NCBI RefSeq assembly: GCF_009914755.1
Contig: NC_060936.1
Origin: the human T2T-CHM13v2.0 reference genome, Homo sapiens
Strand: one strand, 5' to 3'
DNA: 64,000 nucleotides
The position numbers were made by a program, and so were the translations under genes. How positions within the stretch are numbered: the first letter of the stretch is position 1; each line of letters begins with the position of its first letter. Below are positions 25,101-36,856 of this stretch, piece by piece. Below the pieces are notes generated by a model. That model was not told the DNA's origin, did not search any database, and saw only the letters and a list, made by a program, of their open reading frames with translations.

Positions 25101-27359
25101 GATGAAACTTTTAGAAAAGGCATTGGGAGAGATATCTGCAGGGAGGTAGATATTTTCGAGCTTCATAGTCCACTACAAACCTGCACATATGGTCAGGCTC
25201 CTGCCTATAGCATACAGATGAAAACTATCAAGAAAAGGCTCAACTGAAAAAAAAAAAAAAAAACCACTCAGAATCCAGAATGTATCTAGGTGTGTATGCT
25301 TACCCAGTATTGGCATAAACATAAAAAGAATAAGAAATTCCTCCAAGGTACAATTAACCATTTATCATCTCCTTAGTCTAATCACGTAATGCCTAACACT
25401 TCTATGACACTCTCTAAGACTGCAAGTTTGGATATATTATCCCACTTAACTCTCAACTACTATGGAATTCTGCTAAAAAGTTATCTAGAAACATGACATT
25501 TCCCCTTGTTTAAATTTTCTCCTTTCTTCTGTTTAAGCTACTTTATTTTCTTCAGGGAGAATTTTAAAAATACCACCTTGAATCAAGAAGACAAAGAAAC
25601 TAAATTGCTTATGATTGAAAGCCATACATTTACATTAATGGATTGATGGTCTTTCAACCTAACTAACTCACTATGATATTATGTTTGATCATTTTTCCCA
25701 GATAAGTGAAAGTCACCCAGTGGTGAACTGATTCTGTGCATTTATTGCTTCCTTTTCTCTCCAGTATGCCTCAGGAATTGGATCATTAGTACAGTGAAAT
25801 AGCTGTAGAGTCTTGCTCTGTACATATTGCTGTACAGTCCAGTGAATCACTGTGAGATGCTTTTACTCTGTGCTCATTAAATGCTCCTTTCCAAAGAATC
25901 AGTAGTTTAGGACTGCCTGAGGCCAGTCTTCTCATTTAAGTCAGAAAATGGACATTGCTTTAGATCTGAAAAAAAGGAAATAAAAAATAAAATAGAAATA
26001 GGAAAAAATAATTCATGTCCCCAATGAACTTGGCATTTGCTAAGTTCTAGACTGCTGCATAATATAAATAATAGTTTTGCTTTGTTGTTGGTCCATGTGG
26101 CTGCAATTTTAATGGACATCAACATCTTAATATATTAAAATCAAATGAGATTTGATTATGAGGAAAGTTTATGCAGTCATTATGAATAAAAATGATTTAA
26201 GTGGAAAGTGCTAATGTTTATAATATAAATTTGCTAATTGTCCTTTTGTGGCAAATATCATTACTATAGTAGGCACTTATAGTTACATTATATGGTACAT
26301 AAGCATTAGGAAATTTGATCTTAAAATAATATTTTAGCATTACATCTTTATTTTTCGAAACTACTAACATCCTTTATGTTGGGAAACATCAATGCTACTC
26401 TAAGTGTGTCAGCATTTGTAAATGCCTTGAAGATGAAAAATGCACTCATGGGCCAAGTAGAATCTTTCAAATCCCCTTTTAAAGGAAAAAATGGCTTTCA
26501 CTAGCTTTTGAATTTGACTCACAGAACAACTTTTAAGATTTAACAATAAACTTGCCATAAAATATAACATCCGTGTTATCTCTAATACTAATGGCAATGA
26601 ATGGGCTTTTGATTTGTGATCTGATCATCTCACATAAAGCGATTTTTAAATAATTCACAAAATAGTCTCCATTCTTCAGGTGTAAGAATGTCTTCTATGA
26701 GAAAAAATATGTGGGATCCAAAAACTTTATGGTTCTATAAAGACTGTATACACACAAAATGAGAGAAAAAATGTATACAACCACTCAAATATTCAGACAT
26801 TTTGTGTGATGATTTGGTTTTTAATTCAGAGAGAAAAGGAGGGTTGAATAATTTTTGGTCTTGATTTATTGAAGCCACTGTCTCACACTCCCACCTGATT
26901 TTGAATGTGTAAATGTCTTGTATTTGCTATAGGTAGATAATAACCAATCAGTAATCAGGGTTAGGAGTTCCGGGTCCATTCTGTAGTGGACAACTATCAT
27001 GCTATGTTGTTTATCTAACTCTTTGAGCTCTTTAAAGTAAAAAAAAAATCTCATTCTATTCTTAAGTAGTACTGGAAAATCATGCAAGAATGTCTATCCA
27101 TCTAGAAAGAGTTCAGCACACAAGTACACTACAAATAGCATCATGCCCATGGGACACAAACTTATCTTATGGAGTGTATTTACATAGAAAATTTTCTGTC
27201 CCATCTCCATTTCCTTGTTGTCAATAAGTGTAAATTGCACTAAGGTGGCAGTAGTAAAGTCAATTACCTTCTTTATGGTCATGAAGATGAGATATAATCT
27301 CTTGGTCAATGTAAATTAATTTATCACAATTCATTTTAACAAATATATTTAATATATGT

Positions 27360-28700
27360 ATTCATTCATTGAACACTTACTGATGCCATATTAGGTAACA
27401 AGCATAGTTCTAGGGAATAAGTATATAGAAATAAAGCTGCAATTGTGTTATTGTTCTCAAAAAACTTCAGTATACAGGTTAAGTACATTGACAGGGGAAT
27501 ATACAGGATTGAAAAGGGAAATGTAGGAGAGCTACTTGAATGAGGTGAGTCATCCAAAAAAAAGAAGATTCTCAAAGTGGGCTATGCCTGATCAACATTT
27601 GAAGTTGGAGAAAGAGTCATCTAAAAAAAGGAGCAGAGTATTGGTATTTAAGAGAAATAGAACAGTATGTGAAATGATTCAAGACATGGCAAACCAAAGG
27701 AAATTTTGTCTTAGTGTGATATTAGTGTGCAAAGGAGGGCAAGATGAGAAGACCTCATCGCAAAAGACTGCCTTCCTAATGAGTTTGGAGTTTATTCTAA
27801 AAGAAAAGGAGATAGCTGTATTAAAGAATTTTTTGGAGAAAGAATATGATCAGGTATGCTTTTAAGAGTTTCACCTCCGACATTATTATAAAGAATAAAT
27901 TTGATAGGAGGTCATCACAAGATATTATGTGAGAAATAAGGATCTGTCTCAAGGCAGTGACATGATCATGGAGAGTGGAGAACATCTTATGAGAAGAGTT
28001 TGAAACCTTTAAGATGAAAGTAGCAAAGGGATGATCTAGGATCAATTATTTGTTTCAGACCTGGGTCATTGTGAAGAATCCTGGTGTTATTCACAATGTT
28101 AGGGAATATTTATCAGAGTAATTGTGTTGAGAAGTGTTGAGTAAAAATAGTTGTATATAAGATTATTGTGGGGCCAGGTACTGTGGCTCACACCTGTAAT
28201 CCCAGCACTCTCTGAGGTTGAGGCAGGAGGACTGCTTGAGCCCAGGAGGTCGAGGCTGCAGGGAGCCATGATTGCACCACTGCACTCAAGCTTGGGCAAC
28301 AGAGTGAGGCCCTGTCTCTAACAACAACAACAGCAACAACAACAACAACAAAAACAAAAAGATTACTATGGAATATACAATGACTTCTAGGTAATTTTAA
28401 ATATAGAACCAGAGTTCAGGGGAGATAACTGAGATGGAAATGTGGATTTTGGAATCTTTGACGTGCAAGTCTGAGTATAATTATCCAGGGAGATTGTATA
28501 CAGAGAAAAATAACAAAAAATCAATGACAAGCTGTAGAGAGCACTAACCATTAAATAATACACAGCAGAAGACCTAAAAGTACAAATTGAGAAATGGCTG
28601 GAGAAATAAGAGGGAAGCTAGGAAGTAATGACTGTCTGTGGAAGTCAAGTGAGGAAAAATTTTAAAATTCAGAAAGGGGTCAAAATATATAAGTACTATA
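27360..28700. mobile_element. Degenerate L2 LINE remnant
   Basis: ttcattcattgaacacttactga terminus and purine-rich L2-like body; boundaries approximate. Confidence 0.55.
28172..28360 (+). mobile_element. Monomeric Alu (FRAM or AluJ left/right-arm hybrid) with (AAC)n tail
   Basis: ~148-nt monomer; TSD aagattattgtgg / aagattactatgg. Confidence 0.88.
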
Positions 28701-29916
28701 GAAATGCATTGATAACAAGAACATACATTACAATAACCTCTTTAATTATGTTCAACCATAGGATGATAGGATGAGGACGGAAGCTGATAGAGAAGTAGGT
28801 GAGAAATAAAGAAGAAAAGGCTGAATGTGCATAATGCATCCCAGAATTTTTACAAGGTGTTAGGTAGGATGTGATTTTCAATGGAATATGTGAGGTGCTA
28901 TTCTATTGGAGGTGCTAGAAATATGTCATCTCCAATATACATATTCCTGTGTCTCTTAAGTACCAAAGAAGCAAATCAGTTTTTTCTAGTGTATTAGACT
29001 CTCTGTTTGTAAATCAGCTGATCCCTGTAGCCATTCCTACATGTACAAGGCATTTCACTGAGAAGTGAAAATGTAGCCAATCAGCAAAGAATTTGGGCTG
29101 CACAATATCTGGCAATCAGTTTGAAAGACTTTTTTCACTGAGTTGATTAGTAGTTCTGGTCTAACACAAACCCATCCTTTATTGCCCTTCAGTTCACAAT
29201 GACAGCAAAATCTGTTAGAGATAGTGTGTTTTGGGGGCATGTGAGGCAACATGAGTTTTGGACAAATGAGCTGTTTAAGTCCATTCCAGAAGTGGCTAAG
29301 TGGACTATGTGTGTTTTTTGTGGGTGTTAAGAAGATATTAAATGCAAAAAGAAGAGACCAGAAATATCACTGTATTACATTATTTATTTAACTTATTTAT
29401 TTAATCTTTAGAAAGATTTTATGTCAGGAACTGCCCCCAGGTACTAGGTAGCCCAAGACCTCTAATACATGCAATAATAAACAAAACAGGCAAAAATATG
29501 TGCCCTAAATGGGCTTACATTTTAATACAGAGAGGGGAAACTACAATAAAAAAAGTAAAATATATTGTATGTTGGGTGGTGAAGACCTCTGGGGAAAGAA
29601 AAGTTAGGCAGGGAAAGGGTGCTAGAATTTTTATCTGGGTGATGGGGGGAAGGGAAAATGAAATATGAAATAGAATAACCTCATTAACAAGGTAATATTT
29701 AATTAAAGTTCTAAAATTATTGTGGGATTAAGCTGTGGAGACACCTGGAGAAAGAAAAAAGCAAAACAGTATGAAAGGGTGAGTGCCTGGCATCTTCTAG
29801 AAACAGAAGGATAAATATGGCTGGAGAGAGGTAAAAAAAGAAGAAAGTAGTGAGAGATAATATCATAGAAATAATGTGGAGAGAGACTCTAGACCATTGT
29901 AAGGTCTATATTGAGT

Positions 29917-30306
29917 GATTTTCAATAGGAAAAACAAATTCTGGAGTTCTAAGGAACATCTTAAAATCTTAAAATATATCATTTACCTGTTAGTCTATCG
30001 TTTCTTTTGAGGGTGGTACTTCTGCAAATCATCTCCCAGATCTTCTTGGCACCATCATAGAATACCTTTCTTCTCAGAGACTAGAGAAATTGACTATGCA
30101 CTTCTCTGAGAGATTTTCAATAGGAAAAACAAATTCTGGAGTTCTAAGGAACATCTTAAAATCTTAAAATATATCATTTACCTGTTAGTCTATCCTTTCT
30201 TTTGAGGGTGGTACTTCTGCAAATCACCTCCCAGATCTTCTTGGTACTATCATAGAATACCTTTCTTCTTAGAGTCTAAGGAAATTGACTATGCACTTCT
30301 CTGAGA
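29917..30306. repeat. 195-bp tandem duplication (29917-30111, 30112-30306)
   Basis: Two adjacent copies with about 8 mismatches counted by eye. Confidence 0.95.
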
Positions 30307-33168
30307 GTGAAGAGATAGTTTCAGGAGATACATTGAAGGCAGTCTTTGTGCCATTCAAAAAGGCTGATAGCAAGAACAACACAGAAATTTGAAAGAACCT
30401 TTTCCAGAACTCAAAGAGAAAGCAATGGATTGAAATCAGTTTCTGTATTTTGTTAGCAAAACATTCCCTAGGAAAAAGAAAGCTTTCACATGAGAATTTT
30501 TAATATATCTCAAAAATGTACTCTTTTGCAACTAAAATACAACACTATAAATAATATCTCCTCAAATGGAATATGCTTCTTTGGACAAAGGAAGAGGAGA
30601 AATGCTGAAGAAAATAAGCTCTGTGGATCTTCCACATAATATTTTTTTACCATTCGTATTATTGTGGTGGCTTTTAATTGCCTCCTTGAATATTCCTGAA
30701 GTGGTATTTTCAACTGGAGTTTATATATTAAACTGGTTCACGAAAGAGTAAAGAATAAGGACAGTTAGGTAAAAAGTATTTTGCACCACTAACTTAATCA
30801 ATGGTGGCCTCACCTATTGTAGAACCAGTGTATAATTTTATATAGTATGCAACCACGGGTCTGGAAACCTGGGCTTTTATCCCGACTATGCTATTAACTA
30901 CCACTTTAATACTCTAGATCTTCATTTTCTCACCTGTAAAATAAGCAGTTGGATGGACAATAACCACAACTTCCTTGTTAGGTGATCTATAAAAATCGGC
31001 TGCCATGGGTAGAGTAGTGTCCAGCTTCTCTAACAAGAACCATGCTTAGTAATCCTTTAGTGTTAATTTACCCAGAGATGCCACTTACACAGCATGGTAC
31101 CCACTCCTCATTTTTCTCCCACAGCTATTATAGACCACAGTACTTCTCCCTAGCCAGAATGCGAGTCATAATCTTCTTTTTCCCCCCGATGGTGTCTTAG
31201 GCAACCATAAGCAAAATAATGGGAGATGGCACTCAAGTTGCAAGCAGTTTGCTACTTATCATTACAGGCATGGTTATATTGAAGGCAACAGTTCCTAATA
31301 TAGCTAAAAAGAACACTTACATCCCGTTAGCACATTCCTCCCATCTCTAAAGCATTATAAGGTGTCATCAGTTCCACCAGCATAAAGCAGTTGCTGATAC
31401 CCTGGGCGTAACCAAAATGGATCAATTAGCTTTACAGTTAAAGAGGCCTGAATGTATAGAATTCATTTCCCTTCTTTATGAAGTCAGCCTCTGTTCTGAG
31501 AGAAAAGTCTTCCATAAAAGTAACAAACTCACACCTTCAACAAGTAGAGATTAATATCTTGATTTCTTGATCTTTGTCATCCCATCCACTTATTTTCTTA
31601 ATCTCCAAATGTATAGAAGCTTAGACCAAGGAGCTGTGTTTGTTTTAGTTCTGATGAAAAGCCCTAACAATGTTATTAGATAACTGTGATAAATTTTAAT
31701 CTGATGACAGCTTGTGACCCACAAATTGCTGTTTAAAATTAAAATGCATTTAAAATGAAATTGGCAAGAGAACTATAATATTAAACTTACAATCTGCTGT
31801 GATAAAACACCAATGTATTTTACTATATTAAATATGAATACAATGAATAGTATCTTGCAATTGAAATATAAAAATGTCCTTAAATGCATTTTCTTATTAA
31901 ATTAAAATTGGTTGATTAATCTTACTTTTTATCTTTGTTTTGCAAATTAAAAAGTTGAAGTAGAGATGGATTGGATTGGCTTTGGTAATATACCCTTTGG
32001 CAGAACTCCAGGTAAAATCTAGGGCTACAGGCTTCTAGGTTTCTCATCTGATGAGCAAAAGTCCTCATTTTTCTCATCCCGAATATTCATCTACAGTAAA
32101 TCAAGACATGTTTTTCACATGCTTCAGTTTATTTATAACTTTTAAGATATAATTACTCAAGATGTATCAAATGTGATCTTTAAACTTTTTTATATGTTAG
32201 TTTTGAAAAAATGACTACACTGATATTGTTGGCAGACCAGCTAAATCATTGCTACCTTAGTAAGAATTGAGATTTTTCTGTAATGAATGTTTGTGTCAGT
32301 CTATTATTAAGCAATACTATAAATAAAACTCAACCCAATGTGTATGTTTTCATCCCACATTTCAGCATTGAAGAATTGTATGTGGTAACGAAATAATTCA
32401 CTACAGCTGTTTGCAAATAATTTAATAATCAAGTCATAGCTATTTTCTACTTCTCAAAATGTGCCAAAGAACTATTGAAAACTCCACAATATAACATCAT
32501 AATTATAACAATTAACATGTGTATTTAATAATAGCTTTAATAATCCTATGCATTATTTGCTCAAAAGATTCATGATACATTTAAATAATAGCGTTAGCTG
32601 GAATAAGAAAGTACCATATTTCACTCCTACTATTGTACACAGAGAATAAAATTCACCCACTCTTTTAAAAAAGATACTGCAAGGATTGTAATTTCAGAAC
32701 AATTATTTTTACTCATTACCCCTAGAACATAGTATACACTCAGCAAATGTTGCTTGAAGGAATGAATGGATATGTGTGATTGGATGAGAAGCACACTCAG
32801 GGAAAATGCCTCGTCTCTGGTTGTTACAGGACTACTGCATGGACAACTGCTGTCACAGTAGGGTTTCTAAAATCTCCCTGCCATATTTTATTTTGGTTCA
32901 TGTGTGTGTGACAATGATAAGGAATTCAGCCTAGCAAGTCTGTCTGCATTAAATAGAGGTGCTATGTATGCAAAAAGCAGGGACACCACATATAATATCT
33001 CTCAGGTACTTCCCAAGGTTTGCTTCCTCACGAGACTTGATATTGATTCTGGTGCCTCAAATCTATTTATATTTGGGAGCAGTCTCACTGTTACTCTTGG
33101 TTACACCTTATCAAATCTGTCCGAGGGACAGTGCCTAACCCAGGGTTGTCAGCTTTGGAACTGTAATT

Positions 33169-33169
<1 letters not shown>

Positions 33170-33203
<34 letters not shown>
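33170..33203. repeat. T34 mononucleotide run
   Basis: Uninterrupted T run, not attached to any recognisable retroelement. Confidence 0.95.
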
Positions 33204-33208
<5 letters not shown>

Positions 33209-33215
33209 GCCAGCG

Positions 33216-33236
33216 GACGCTAGCCACGGTGCTGAA
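33216..33236 (-). promoter_or_regulatory. RE1/NRSE-like (REST) element in intron 1
   Basis: Minus strand TTCAGCACCGTGGCTAGCGTC vs consensus TTCAGCACCnnGGACAGCGCC: perfect left half, canonical 2-nt spacer, 3 mismatches in the right half. Confidence 0.55.
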
Positions 33237-33830
33237 AGAGACAAGAGGATTCTATTTGAAACCTTTTCTTCCTCTTATTGGCTTAGAAAATTCGAGTGAC
33301 AAGAGCAGGGGCCAAAGGAGCCTGGTGCAGCATCACTAATGTGAACCATGTATTTCGATCTTTTGGGCGGAGATGTGGTCCATCAGGTTACAGCCAATGC
33401 CTTCCTATGAGCGCTCGCTAGACCAAGAGACCTTATGAATGTAGTAGCCGCTGCAGTAGAAAAGGTTACATCTAGCAGGATGTCTTATCCCTCTCCTGAA
33501 AAATTGACAGTTAAGTGCATAGCCTAGAAACAAGAGCAGGGAATCTAGACGGAGGGGAGGCGAAGGGGGGAGCAAACCTGTATTCATATTGAAAATGTTC
33601 ACTATTTTCGTATAAAGTAAAGAAAAATCAAGAGCTAATTTTAGGTTAAGTTTTCGGCCTCAGTTTTCCAACAGGTGCACGACTCCCTCACCCCTTCCCT
33701 GTCAGGTACTGTCCTGTTTTACCTTTTTAGAAAGGCTTTCTTCGCAAGGCAAGCTTTTCCTAGAGTCCTTAAGCATGTGCAGTTTCCCATCTCATGCACA
33801 GCTCCGGCTCTAAGCCTGGCAACCCCTTAC

Positions 33831-33888
33831 CTGCAGCGTGAAGATTAAGGAGCAGGCACAGCGCAGGGAAGCAGACTGCTCTCCGCAT
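33831..33888 (-). CDS. PTPRR: PTPRR coding exon 1 (signal peptide MRRAVCFPALCLLLNLHAA-G)
   Basis: ATG at 33888-33886; 58 nt encode the recognised PTPRR N-terminus; followed by donor CAG|GTAAGG at 33830; phase 1 joins exon 2 in frame (G|GG=Gly). Confidence 0.97.
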
Positions 33889-34333
33889 AGTGTTTGCATT
33901 GAGAGGTGGAGGAGAAACTCCACCACGACCCCACTTCAGGTAAAGTGCTATTAGAAAGAGCCACCGCCAAGGGTCTTCTAGTCTCCGGGATTCAGGTCCT
34001 CGGCTGGGGTTTGCAGAGCAGTCAGTCTGTGGCGCCGACAGAAACCAGCACCAGCTTCAACCTCCCTAAGAGAGGGAGAGAGGAAGAGCAGTAGGAGGTT
34101 GCGGGTAAGGGGAACAGAAGCGCTCAGAGGCGGCAAATGCCTGGCCTTCTGGACGCCCAGAAGCCAAGGCGGAGACGGCAGGGTGGACTCCGCGCCAGCC
34201 CAGCAGCCCAGCAGCAGCGCCGCGGCTACTGAGCATGCCCAGCGCCGGCCCTCACGAGGCAAGGGAATTTCAAAGTGAAATTCCGCTTCTCCGGGTCTTA
34301 GCGGCGGCTTGGAGCAGAGTAGGCTCCATCGCT

Positions 34334-34385
34334 GGGGTGGTGGTTGGGGGTGGGGGTGGGGGTGGGGAAGGGGGAAGTGCGGGGG
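34334..34385 (+). promoter_or_regulatory. G-quadruplex-forming / Sp-KLF-type (GGGGGT)n tract
   Basis: Seven runs of 4-5 G with mostly short loops just upstream of the 5'UTR. Confidence 0.6.
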
Positions 34386-36772
34386 AGACACTTGCTGTGG
34401 TTACTAGGGACCCAGCGTCCATCACAAATCCGAAGGTGGGGTGTAGCTGAGTGAGAGTAGATGGGGGCACGACCACAGGAGTCAGAGGAGGGAGCTGATG
34501 ACATTGTCAACCATGCCACCCACCCTACTCTTTCCCCAAATCTTGATTTACACGTGGACCGAGCTCACTGCTGGGAATTGGCATTTGCAGATTGACCAGC
34601 TTCCCAGGACTCGCCTACAGGAATAGAGGTGTCTTCCACTGCTGAGCATTCTGGCTGCTCGGGGGAAGCGTTCCCAAGGCAGCTTGCTTGGTGTAAGCAG
34701 TAACCATGTATCTTGGGGGTGACTTCGTCCTTCCTACAGCTTCCCCCTCTTTGCTTCTCTTTCCACTCTTTCCAGCTCAATGACTGTATTTAAACTTTCT
34801 TCTGACTCAAGTCCTCACAGTGACAGAAAGAAGTGAGAAGATACTTTTAGACTAGTAGAATATATCCATGTAATTGAAGCACAAGAAGGCACCTTTTTGT
34901 TTCGTGGAGGTAATTAACTTTAGTTTCCCTTTTACTCTTTAAGGTGAAAGATAATGGATCACGTCAGTGCCTGGACTCATCCGGCCCAGCTCTGTGTCTC
35001 TAGGGAGGCTACCACAGTCTGCCATTAGATGGTTTTTTATCCCTCCATCTAAGTCTTTGGAGTGTGGAAAGCCTTATTAGTCATGGCTAATTGCTGCTAG
35101 TCAAGTCAAGAAGTCCCTCAGCTAGACTTCTCTTTTAACTATCCCAGGGCCTCTGCCCTTTCTGCCTCTGTGTCTTTATGGACACTGTTGCCTCTTTCCC
35201 ATTTTCCTCCACTTGCACCACCACCACACTAGTTTTCGAAGGTGTAATGTTGGTCTCACTTTTCCAGAAAGCCCTAACTCTAACTAACTCTAGATTACAG
35301 TGATCTTTCTCTTCCACAACACTTGTTTAGCCGTGCCTCATATTATTCTTTCAGACAGTTCATTTATCTGTGGTTTGTTCTACAGCACATTGAAGTCTCC
35401 ATAAGAACTGCTGAGTTTTGTATTCCATTAACTTGAATAAAGTTGTCCTAGCCAAATAATTGGGGCTAACAAGTGCCCATTGAGTTGAGCTGCACATCTC
35501 ATTCAGTGCTTTCTTTCTCCATCCTCTGTGAATTGAGACAACTAATGGGAAATAGGCTATCCACCAGAGCTTAAATTAGGTGGGACCTTATAAGATCAGA
35601 GAGCCCAGGCGGTACCATTTATTTCTTTTATGATTTATGTCATCTTCAGCTCTGAGAGACAAGGCCAGGAAGCACTCCAACAAGTGGGAGAAGGGGACAA
35701 TGAGATGTACTTTTAATATCTTGACAGGCCTTCTCTGCTGAAAATAGAGACATATCTCCATGTCTAGCCCCTCTCTAGCAACGTGCTCCACCCCCTACTC
35801 CCCCATGCGTGTGGCACACTCCATTTCTGTGGCACTATCATTTCATCCCAAACCACTCTAAGCTGCAACCTCTTCTCCTATTCCTGATTCACTGTCCTCC
35901 AGTTTGCTTTTCCCGTATCACTTTCTAACAAACCAAAATAATTACTTATAAAATCTATTGTTTAGTATCTATTTCCCTACTCCCCCCCGCAAAACAGAAT
36001 TTGAGCTCCAATGTTGAAGAACTTTGATGACTTTATTGATATGTCCCAACTCCCTAGAGCAATGCCTCATGCAAAATAGATACTCAAAAATGAATAAATG
36101 AAAATGATAGTTGACAAAGTTCAATACTGACAATTAACTCTTTGAAATTCTTACTGAGTCAACCTTTGAGATAATTTATTTAGCATTCTGTAAAGCTTAG
36201 AAGAATAACTCTTCTCATCTAACATCTGTTACTAGAAATGCTGCAGGGCTGGAGGTTAGGGAAAAATAATTGTATCCCACTTACAATAGGTCTATTTTTC
36301 TTATTTTCTTGTTTCCTAAAATAACTAATTATCAAACTTACATAGATCTCCAAGAATAAAATATACTTACTTATGGTAATGAAACAATGCTGCAGTAATG
36401 TTCTGAACCCCTTCCTTTTCCACAGATAATTCCAACATTTATTGGTGGGGCATTTAAAATTCCCATTATTATAATTGACTATGACTTTGCCAAAAAGCAT
36501 CCTGCTGGCAATGTATTTTGTTCAGGGCTGCAGGTAGCTGAATTGTTAAACTATGCATGAAAATTCCGTTAGCAGCAAAAATTTCCAATTTCCAATTTGG
36601 CTGGATATATCATTAGAATAGTTAGTTCAGCATGGTAAAAATAACCCTGAGTGGGCTGTAATTTTGGTGACTAGACATTCATTATTAATTTACTTAGAAA
36701 TGATAAAGTAACGAAAAAGGTCATATTCCTATGTGAGTCAATCTAATATCATACTTGTAACGGCTTCAATTC

Positions 36773-36856
36773 ACTTTTTCACTAATTGGCTAATTCACTC
36801 ATTGCTGTTCGTGAAGTCAAACAGCAATGAATGAATTAGCCAATTAGTGAAAAAGT
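36773..36856. repeat. Inverted repeat: 37-bp arms, 10-nt loop
   Basis: 36773-36809 is the reverse complement of 36820-36856 with one mismatch. Confidence 0.95.

Larger units (their letters stand above)
33740..34470 (-). promoter_or_regulatory. PTPRR: CpG-rich promoter / 5'UTR of the long PTPRR transcript (TSS probably ~34200-34300; not fixable from sequence)
   Basis: The only non-Alu CpG-dense, GC-rich block in an AT-rich window; surrounds the start codon. Confidence 0.8.

Noticed and set aside
33906-34780. Cluster of Pro/Gly-rich ORFs at the promoter
   Set aside because: Expected in GC-rich, stop-poor DNA; mostly non-ATG starts and no recognisable homology.
36773-36856. MADE1/miR-548-type hairpin
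   Set aside because: Similar size, but it lacks the Hsmar1 TIR sequence (ttaggttggtgcaaaag); kept as an unexplained hairpin.
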